Of a stretch of DNA of 64,000 bases, positions 26,606 through 33,509 are shown piece by piece. This DNA comes from Myxococcales bacterium (GTDB taxonomy: Bacteria; Myxococcota_A; Bradymonadia; UBA7976; UBA1532), in NCBI GenBank assembly GCA_009692505.1, contig SHZC01000005.1:745-64744 (forward strand). Direction: 5' to 3'. Each line of letters opens with the position of its first letter. Within the stretch, counting starts at the first letter, position 1. The translations under genes were made by a program, and so were the position numbers. Under the pieces are notes generated by a model that worked only from the letters and a program-made list of their open reading frames with translations, did no database searches and was not told where the DNA came from.

Positions 26606-28209
26606 GGCGTCGGCAGGCTAGCCTCGATCGCCCCGCCGGGGAAAGGCCCAAGCGACTCCAAACAGACTCGCTGCCAGAGACGCATCAGCCGATCCACGAG
26701 GGGCCGGATCTCCAAGGCCGCACGCTCGCCTGGGAACTCGATGAGCTCGGTGGTGGCGGACTCGGCGAGTCGGACCTCGTCCAGCAGCACCGTAGACGAG
26801 GCGAGGCTCCGGCACCGACGAAAGAATGCCCGGTGCAGGCTGAGCTTCTGGAGGTCCTTGAGCACCTGGGCGCAGAGCACGTTATGCGTCCCCTCCCAGC
26901 TCTCGAGCACGATGCAGTCCCGCCAAAGTCGCGGCAGGACGGAGAAGTCCTCGATGGCTCCGTTGCCGCCCAGAACCTCGATGGCCTCATGCACCATGGC
27001 CGTCGCGCGAATCGACGTGAAGTACTTGTTCATGTTCACGACGAGGCGGGAGACATCGCGGTCGTCCTGGGTGGCCACGTTGAGGGCTGCGGCGTCGGCG
27101 AGGGCGATGAGGGCGTAGGTGCCGGCGAGGCTGAGCTCGCGTTCCTCTTTCAACCGAGCGAGCGACGCGGCGACGAGCGGGAACTCGGCGATGTTCTGCC
27201 CGAACGCCTGACGATGGTGGGCATAGGTCGTCGCCTCAATCTCGGCGCGCCGCATGATGCCGCAGGCCGCGACCGCGTTGTAGAGACGGCTGGTGTTCAG
27301 GACCACGTCCACCACGGCCTTGAAGCCGCCTTCGACGTCCCCGATGGCGTAGGCGAGGGCGCCTTGAAGATCGAGCTCGCCGCTCGCCATGGAGCGGGTG
27401 CCGAGCTTGGTTTTCAGCCGCCGGATGAAGCAGCCGTTCGGCGTGCCGTCGTCCAGCAGTCTCGGGACGATGAACGCGCCGAGCCCGGCCGTGCCTCGGG
27501 GGCCGCCCTCGAATCGCGCGGTCATCAGGTAGAGATCGGCGTCAATCACCGAGCAGAACCACTTCTCCCCGTCGATGCGCCAGTGCTCCCCGTCCCGACG
27601 GGCGAGACATGCGTTCGCGCCCACGTCGGACCCGCCCTGAATCTCCGTCAGGAACTGCGCGCCGTGCAGGTGCTCGGGGTCTTGGCGATCGAGGTGCAGG
27701 AGGCCTGGAACAAAGCGAGCCTTGAGCGACTCGTCGCCCCGCGCGAGCAGCAGCTTGACCAGCCCGGTCGTGCACGCCAAAGGGCAAAGATGCCCGCCCT
27801 CGCCGTGGTGGCCCAGGAGATAAACATAGGCGAGCTGGGCGCGGTCAAAGCCCGGGTCCGCGTACCTCGCGATCACGCCCGTCTTGTAGATGAGCCGGCC
27901 GCTCTCCAAGTAGGACGGGTGAAAGATCACCTCCTCGGTGCGTCGACCGATAGCGTCGTAACGCCGCAAGACCGGGAGGTGCTCGTCTCGATTGTTCTCG
28001 CGGATCAGCTCGTCGAGCGTGGTCGCGCAGACCCCCCCGAAGTCGGAGAGGCCCGCCCGCTCAGCCTCGAAGCCAGCAGGCCCCAAGTGGTGCAGGAGCA
28101 GCCGCTGAAGAAAGGCATCCTGCTCAAAGTAGTTCAGCGACTTGACGACTTGCCAGCGGGAGAGGGCCGCGCGCGTCTCAGCGTATTTCGACATCGCCCC
28201 GTTATACAC
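26602..28209 (-). CDS. AidB-like acyl-CoA dehydrogenase family protein
   Basis: The protein is 535 aa. The sequences GSDVGAN...GEHWRIDGEKWFCS and the C-terminal ACAD helices fit the AidB subgroup. Confidence 0.8.
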   Translation of the reverse strand: MYNGAMSKYAETRAALSRWQVVKSLNYFEQDAFLQRLLLHHLGPAGFEAERAGLSDFGGVCATTLDELIRENNRDEHLPVLRRYDAIGRRTEEVIFHPSYLESGRLIYKTGVIARYADPGFDRAQLAYVYLLGHHGEGGHLCPLACTTGLVKLLLARGDESLKARFVPGLLHLDRQDPEHLHGAQFLTEIQGGSDVGANACLARRDGEHWRIDGEKWFCSVIDADLYLMTARFEGGPRGTAGLGAFIVPRLLDDGTPNGCFIRRLKTKLGTRSMASGELDLQGALAYAIGDVEGGFKAVVDVVLNTSRLYNAVAACGIMRRAEIEATTYAHHRQAFGQNIAEFPLVAASLARLKEERELSLAGTYALIALADAAALNVATQDDRDVSRLVVNMNKYFTSIRATAMVHEAIEVLGGNGAIEDFSVLPRLWRDCIVLESWEGTHNVLCAQVLKDLQKLSLHRAFFRRCRSLASSTVLLDEVRLAESATTELIEFPGERAALEIRPLVDRLMRLWQRVCLESLGPFPGGAIEASLPTP

Positions 28210-28214
28210 CCGCC

Positions 28215-28544
28215 TCAGCCGGCCACCACCGGCACCGAGCGGGGTCGACTGTCGGGGTTTTTCGGGAGCCTTATGGTCAAGACGCCGCGCTCGAGCCGCG
28301 CTACGCCCTTCTCCGTATCGAAGATCGGCGCGAGGGCGAAGGCGCGTTGATAGACCAAGGGCGGGCCGGTGCCGTCGCTCTTGCGGGTCGCGTTTATCGA
28401 GAGGCGGTCCTTCTCGATCTGGAGGTCCAAGTCTTCGGTCGAGATGCCCGGCAAGTCGGTGATGAGCAGGAAGTCCCGCTCACTCTCGTAGACGTCCATC
28501 ACGGGCGTCCGAGTGGCGCGAGTGGCCGCTGGGGGGCTCGGCAC
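28215..28544 (-). CDS. Hsp20/alpha-crystallin small heat-shock protein
   Basis: The alpha-crystallin domain pattern is seen in MDVYESERDFLLITDLPGISTEDLDLQIEKDRLSI...ARLERGVLTIRLPK. Confidence 0.8.
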   Translation of the reverse strand: MPSPPAATRATRTPVMDVYESERDFLLITDLPGISTEDLDLQIEKDRLSINATRKSDGTGPPLVYQRAFALAPIFDTEKGVARLERGVLTIRLPKNPDSRPRSVPVVAG

Positions 28545-28652
28545 GCGGGTCGGCCTCGTGGTCGGGGGAGCGAAGGGCGAACGCCGCTGCGGGTAGATCT
28601 AGGTCTGAGTGTTCATGTGCTCTGTCCTTCCACTGTCGAGTCGAAGCACCTC

Positions 28653-29130
28653 TCAGTCGGTTGTGATGGGGACGACGCGCGGCTTGGCCTCTTCGGACTT
28701 CTCCAATCGTAGCGTCAGCACCCCGTCTCTCAGCGTAACGGAGACGCGTTCGGGATCAATCCGGGCGGGCACCTTGAAGGTGCGCGTGACCCGGAACGGC
28801 AGTCGCTCGCGGCGGTGCGCGTGGTAGCCCTCCGGGGGGTCCACCGAGCGGTGCGCCGAGACGGTCAGGACGTCCCCGTCCCAACGAAACCGATACCGAC
28901 TTCTCCTTCAGGCCCGGCGCCTCCAGGCGCAAGACAAGGTGGTCGCCACGGCTCTCGAAGACCGGGGCGCGGCCGTCGTCCGGACCGTCCACACGTGCAG
29001 AGTCATCCTCCTCGAAGTCGCGTCGTTTTCCGTCGAAGGTGGAGCTGTGCGGCGCGAATCGGACATCGGCGTCCCCTTTGGGGTTTCGCGAGACATCGCT
29101 CGCGGCCCCTCGGCGGATAATCACCCGGCC
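28653..29130 (-). pseudogene. second Hsp20 gene split by a 1-nt frameshift
   Basis: The N-terminal half of the alpha-crystallin domain (FESRGDHLVLRLEAPGLKEKSVSVSL) lies in the frame of ORF 28756..29193. The continuation (DGDVLTVSAHRSVDPPEGYHAHRRERLPFRVTRTFKVPARIDPERVSVTLRDGVLTLRLEK) lies in the frame of ORF 28653..28844. The switch occurs at the C-run 28880..28882. The 5' boundary is uncertain. Confidence 0.6.
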
Positions 29131-29137
29131 GCGTGCG

Positions 29138-30439
29138 TCAAGGCGTGTTCGCGTCGATGACCGTGACGCTCGACAAACCGGGCATGGCCTCAATCTTTGG
29201 CCTCACCTCAGCCGCCGTGCAGACCATGATGGCGTGAAGGTCCTGCGGGCGCAGACGCCTCCGCACCGCATCCCGCACGCCCTCCGGAGAAAGAGCGCGG
29301 AGTCGGTCACAGTAGGTGTCGATGCTGTCATCGGGTCGGCCCAGAATCCGCGCGCTCACGACCTGTCCACACCGCAGCGAGGGGACCTCCACCCGGAAGG
29401 GGTGCTGGTTGAGGAGATAACCCCGCGCGAACTCGATCTCGTCGTCCGTCAGCCCCTCGTCGACGAAACGCGAGTACTCATCGAAGATCAGCTGCATCGT
29501 CTCTGGGGCGTAGGTCAACGCCGGCGCGGCCTGCATCATGTAGTTGCCCGAGGCCCGCTCCGAGGCGAGGCGAGCGTAGGCTCCATAGGACCAGCCCCGC
29601 TTGACCCGTACCTCGTCCATGAGGCGGGCGGTGAACGTGCCCCCGAAGGCCGTCGTCGCCAGCGAGACTGCGAGGTAGTCCGGATCGCAGGCGACCATCG
29701 AGGGGTGCCCGATGAGGAGCTGCGCCTGCGACCGCTCGGGCTTGTCGATGAGCAGGATATGCCGGCCGACGACGGCGGGGGGCGGGTCGAAGTGGCCGAC
29801 GAGCGGCGCGTCTTCGAGGGCGTCGTACAGCGGGCGCAAGCGTGTGAGCAGGGTCTCGGCCTCAAGGTCCCCGCTCGCGCCGACGACCAGATTCGGCCGG
29901 GAATAGAGGCGCGCGGCGAAAGACAGGACGTCCTCGCGGGTGATCGCCGCAAGCCCGGCCGCCGTGCCCACGGCCCCGTGACCGAAGGGGTGCCCTCGAA
30001 AAACGGTCCGTCGGAACCAAATGGCCGCGAGCGTCGCGTCGTCGTCCCGACCGGCGACCTGCTCGGCCTGAATCTCCCGCCGTACCTTCTCCAGCTCGTC
30101 GGTCTCGAAGGTCGGCTCCGTGACGACCTCGACGAGGAGCTCGAGGAAGGCCTCCAAGTTGCGCCCGAGCACCGAGCCCCCGATGGAGACCGCGTCGCGT
30201 TGCGTGCTCGTCGACATCTCGGTGCCCAGCGCCTCGATGGCCTCCTCGAGCTCGGCGCGACCCCGCCTTCGCGTGCCCCTCATAAGCATCCGATGGGTCA
30301 GCGACGTGAGGCCTTCGAGCCCCGGGGGATCAAACGCCGGACCGCCTCGAAAGTGCAGGTAGACGTTGGCGATTGGCAGCGCGTGATGGGCGACCAAAAT
30401 GGTCTGTTCAGCGAGGGACGGCGGCGGGGATTCGTTCAT
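29138..30439 (-). CDS. M16-family peptidase, non-catalytic-type subunit (no HxxEH)
   Basis: The M16 fold pattern is present, with LTHRMLMRGT where HxxEH would be. The ATG at 30439 overlaps the ATPase stop (ATGA). There is no signal peptide. Confidence 0.8.
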   Translation of the reverse strand: MNESPPPSLAEQTILVAHHALPIANVYLHFRGGPAFDPPGLEGLTSLTHRMLMRGTRRRGRAELEEAIEALGTEMSTSTQRDAVSIGGSVLGRNLEAFLELLVEVVTEPTFETDELEKVRREIQAEQVAGRDDDATLAAIWFRRTVFRGHPFGHGAVGTAAGLAAITREDVLSFAARLYSRPNLVVGASGDLEAETLLTRLRPLYDALEDAPLVGHFDPPPAVVGRHILLIDKPERSQAQLLIGHPSMVACDPDYLAVSLATTAFGGTFTARLMDEVRVKRGWSYGAYARLASERASGNYMMQAAPALTYAPETMQLIFDEYSRFVDEGLTDDEIEFARGYLLNQHPFRVEVPSLRCGQVVSARILGRPDDSIDTYCDRLRALSPEGVRDAVRRRLRPQDLHAIMVCTAAEVRPKIEAMPGLSSVTVIDANTP

Positions 30440-31746
30440 CGACACAGCTCCAAAAGGCGACGGCGGGTCTCGGCGATGGGGGTGCCGTCCCTGGGCGATT
30501 GGCGAAGGAAAGCCTCGATCTCGACGCGGCGCTCGAGGAAGGCGTCGACCTCCCGGTCCGAGCCCCGGACATAAGCCCCCACGGCGAGGAGATCGGAGCG
30601 GGTCTCGAAGGCCGAGACCCATCGACGCAGGCGCGAGGCCGCCTTGAGGTCTTTGGCCTCGACCACGCTCTCATGACAGCGGCTGATGCTCCGGGGGATG
30701 TTGACCGCCGGGAACCGACCTGCACCCGCGAGGGCCGGATCCAGGACGAGGTGCCCATCGACGAGCGAGCGGACCTCCTCGGCGACGGGATCATCGGCGT
30801 CGTCCCCCTCGACGAGCACGGCGAGCAGGCCGGTCAGCGTGCCGACGGGTCCATTTCCGATGCGTTCCAGGAGCTGCGGCAAGACCGTGGACATCGACGC
30901 GGGATAGCCTCTGCGGCCGACCGGCTCACCGGCCGCGAGCCCGATGACCCGGAGCGCGCGAGCGACCCGCGTGATGGAGTCGCAGACGAGGAGGACGTTT
31001 CGCCCGTCGTCCCGTTGTCGCTCGGCCAAGGCGATGGCGCACTCGAAGGCCCGCACCCAGGTCAGGGGGGGCTCGTCGGCCCGAGCGAGGACGACGGTGG
31101 TGCGTCTTCGGGCGACCTCGTCCAGGGAGCGGACAAAGGGCCCGACCTCTCGCCCGCGCTCGCCGATGAGGGCCACCACCACGACGTCGACCTCGGCGGT
31201 CACGGCCACCTGCGAAAGCAGCGTGCTCTTACCCGCGCCGGGCCCGCTCTGGAGCGCGAGTCGTTGCCCCAGGCCGAGCGGGCACAAGGCATCGACGACG
31301 CGAATGCCCGTGGAGAGCACCTGGGTGACGGGTCTTCGAGTGAGGGGATCGGGAGCGGCACGGCGCAGCGGCCAGTCGGCTTGGCCTTCGAGCGGGCCCA
31401 ATCCATCGATGGGGCGACCGGCGGCGTCGAGGATGCGACCGAGGACCTCGTCACCGGCGACGAGGAGCGGTTGATCGCACAGGACCCTCGCCGGCGCGCC
31501 CGAGCGGAGGCCGTGGGTCGAGGACAACGCGAGGGCCACGGCCACGGTCCCCTCGAAGGCGACGACCTCGGCCTCGAACCGCTCATCGAGGAGCAGGCGC
31601 GCGCCGAGTCGGGCCTCGCCTAATGCGACCTGAATCGCCGGACCCCGCACCGAGACGACGTGCCCGCGCTCGCTCGGGAGGCCTGCACGAATCGCCTCGG
31701 TCAGCGCGCGAAGGCCCGGCGCCATGCCGTGAGGGATCGGCGTCAT
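30436..31746 (-). CDS. FliI/YscN-family (type III secretion-type, F1-like) ATPase
   Basis: Walker A (GPGAGKSTL) and Walker B (VLLVCDSITRVARALR) are present. Other family signatures are LLAVLVEGDDADDPVAEEVRSLVDGHLVL, the RFPAVNIPRSISR motif and the C-terminal LLAVGAYVRGSD...FLRQ. Confidence 0.85.
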   Translation of the reverse strand: MTPIPHGMAPGLRALTEAIRAGLPSERGHVVSVRGPAIQVALGEARLGARLLLDERFEAEVVAFEGTVAVALALSSTHGLRSGAPARVLCDQPLLVAGDEVLGRILDAAGRPIDGLGPLEGQADWPLRRAAPDPLTRRPVTQVLSTGIRVVDALCPLGLGQRLALQSGPGAGKSTLLSQVAVTAEVDVVVVALIGERGREVGPFVRSLDEVARRRTTVVLARADEPPLTWVRAFECAIALAERQRDDGRNVLLVCDSITRVARALRVIGLAAGEPVGRRGYPASMSTVLPQLLERIGNGPVGTLTGLLAVLVEGDDADDPVAEEVRSLVDGHLVLDPALAGAGRFPAVNIPRSISRCHESVVEAKDLKAASRLRRWVSAFETRSDLLAVGAYVRGSDREVDAFLERRVEIEAFLRQSPRDGTPIAETRRRLLELCR

Positions 31747-33071
31747 GCCGTCAGGGGTCGGCCCACAACGACCGTGCGGTTCTCCGGTCGGAGGATGTCA
31801 GAGGCCACCCGCCTCACGTCCTCGACGCAGACGGCGGCGTAGCGCGGAGACTGGTTGAACAGGCCCTTGAAGTCGCCCCCGGTGACCTCCCAGAAGCCCA
31901 GCGAGTTGGCGCGTTGCTGGGCGGTCTGGAGGCCTTGGTAAAAGCGGGTCTCCAGCTTATTACGGGCCTTCGAAAGCTCGGCCGCCGTCACGCCTTCGAC
32001 GCTGAGCTGCGCGAAGATGGACAAGAGCACCTCCTCGGCGGCTTCTGCGGTCTCGTCTTCCCGAAGGTCGACGCTGATCTCGTACAGGCCCGTCTCGCGA
32101 AAAGGCGGCACGGAGGCCGAGAAGCCCGACGCGAGCTCGCCGTCCGTCACGAGCGCGCGCTGGAGCCGCGAGGAGTCGCCCTCCGAGAGGATCTCATTGA
32201 GGATCTCGAGCGCGGGGAAGTCGTCGGAGGTCATGGCCGGCGCTTTGTAGCCGACGATGAGTCGCTCAGCGGTCAGCGAGAGCCGCTCCTCGCGGCGGCG
32301 GACCTCGGTCTGAACGGGCTCCGGCGTCAGGTCCGGCTGGGGCAGGTCTTGGGCCCGAAGGTGGCCGTACGCGCCGATGATCCGCTCAAGGCAGTGGCCG
32401 CTCTCGAAGTCGCCGACGACCACGAGGACGGCGTTGTTGGGCGAATAATATCGCTCGTAGAAGGTCGTGCAGTCCGCCAGCGAGAGCTGCTCGATGTCCG
32501 CCATGAAGCCGATGGTGGGGTGGCCATAAGGGTGTGAGGGGAACGCCAGCTCCCAGAGCACCTCGCCGAGCTTGCCGTTCGGATCGTTGTCGACACGCTC
32601 CCGTCGCTCGTTGATGACGACCTCGCGCTCGGCCTCGAGCTGTGCCTCGTTGAGGACCATGTTCTCCATGCGGTCGGCCTCAAGCGCGATGACCGCGTCG
32701 AGGTGCGCCTTGGGCACGTCCTCGTGGTAGTAGGTCCAGTCCAGCCAGGTGGCCGCGTTCACTCGTGCCCCGAAGCCCTCCATCGTGCGGTCGAATACGC
32801 CCGCTGGCGTATTTTTCGTCTCCTTGAACATGAGGTGCTCGAAGAGGTGCGCGATGCCGGATTTCCCAATCTGCTCGTGGCGGCTGCCGACCCGGAACCA
32901 CGTCTGGTAGCTGAACACGGGCGCTTGGGCGTCCGGCAGGAGCAGCACGACAAGCCCGTTGTCGAGCCGGTATTTCGAGATGGCGAAACGCCCTTGCCAA
33001 TCAAAGGTCTCAACGAGGGTGGCACCCGAGATCATGTCGACGTCTCCCACAGTTTCAGCGGCCCGACGCAC
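31743..33071 (-). CDS. M16-family zinc peptidase, catalytic-type subunit
   Basis: The HxxEH motif is present (GIAHLFEHLMFK), with a downstream EREVVINERR. The stop overlaps the ATPase start (ATGA). The start is GTG 33071 or ATG 33035. There is no signal peptide. Confidence 0.85.
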   Translation of the reverse strand: MRRAAETVGDVDMISGATLVETFDWQGRFAISKYRLDNGLVVLLLPDAQAPVFSYQTWFRVGSRHEQIGKSGIAHLFEHLMFKETKNTPAGVFDRTMEGFGARVNAATWLDWTYYHEDVPKAHLDAVIALEADRMENMVLNEAQLEAEREVVINERRERVDNDPNGKLGEVLWELAFPSHPYGHPTIGFMADIEQLSLADCTTFYERYYSPNNAVLVVVGDFESGHCLERIIGAYGHLRAQDLPQPDLTPEPVQTEVRRREERLSLTAERLIVGYKAPAMTSDDFPALEILNEILSEGDSSRLQRALVTDGELASGFSASVPPFRETGLYEISVDLREDETAEAAEEVLLSIFAQLSVEGVTAAELSKARNKLETRFYQGLQTAQQRANSLGFWEVTGGDFKGLFNQSPRYAAVCVEDVRRVASDILRPENRTVVVGRPLTA

Positions 33072-33086
33072 GCTACCCTACCGGTC

Positions 33087-33147
33087 GGTTCACGTCTCTG
33101 GTCACGTCTCTGGTCACGTCTCTGGTCACATCTCTGGTCACGTCTCG
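33087..33147. repeat. 5 tandem copies of a 12-bp unit GGTCACGTCTCT
   Basis: The copies are ggttcacgtctct, ggtcacgtctct, ggtcacgtctct, ggtcacatctct and ggtcacgtctcg. The array spans the DUF423 stop codon and the gap before the M16 gene. Confidence 0.95.
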
Positions 33148-33506
33148 CGTGCTGAAAACGCAAAGGCGACCCAGCCGACCATGAACGCGAGGCCGCCGAT
33201 GGGGGTCAGGCGCGGCAGAAAGGCCACCTCAGTGAGCACATAGCCGTAGAGGCTGCCGCTGAAGAGGAGCGTGCCGATGCCGAACGCCAGGCCCGCCGTC
33301 CGCACGGCGCGAGGTCGCACGCTGCGCACGGCGACAAGCGAGAGGGCGATGAGGCCGAGCGCGTGATAAATCTGGTACCGAGCCGCGGTCTCCCAGATCT
33401 CCAGGGCTCGTGGCGTCACACGTTCCCGGAGCCCGTGCGCGCCGAAGGCTCCGAGCACCACAGCGACGGCCATCGACAGACCTCCCGTGACAGCCAGTCG
33501 CGACAC
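33138..33506 (-). CDS. DUF423 (YgdD/TMEM256-like) membrane protein
   Basis: The sequence VVLGAFGAHGL...YQIYHALGL...LFSGSLY...GGLAFMVGW shows the four-TM pattern. Confidence 0.8.
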   Translation of the reverse strand: MSRLAVTGGLSMAVAVVLGAFGAHGLRERVTPRALEIWETAARYQIYHALGLIALSLVAVRSVRPRAVRTAGLAFGIGTLLFSGSLYGYVLTEVAFLPRLTPIGGLAFMVGWVAFAFSARET

Positions 33507-33509
33507 CCC

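Noticed and set aside
26833-28350. A 505-aa plus-strand ORF.
   Set aside because: It is antisense to the AidB-like acyl-CoA dehydrogenase.
29039-31623. Plus-strand ORFs 29039-30574 and 30373-31623.
   Set aside because: They are antisense to the M16 and FliI-like genes and have Arg/Gly/Asp-rich low-information translations.
30436-31746. The idea that the FliI/YscN homologue marks a type III secretion or flagellar locus.
   Set aside because: No other T3SS or flagellar component is recognisable anywhere in the 64 kb, and the gene's immediate partners are M16 peptidases.
33087-33147. A CRISPR array, considered for this and the other tandem repeats (18234-18449, 15301-15420 and 48490-48574).
   Set aside because: The units are head-to-tail with no spacers and are 12-30 bp long. 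All except the 12-bp array are in-frame inside coding genes, and no cas genes are present.
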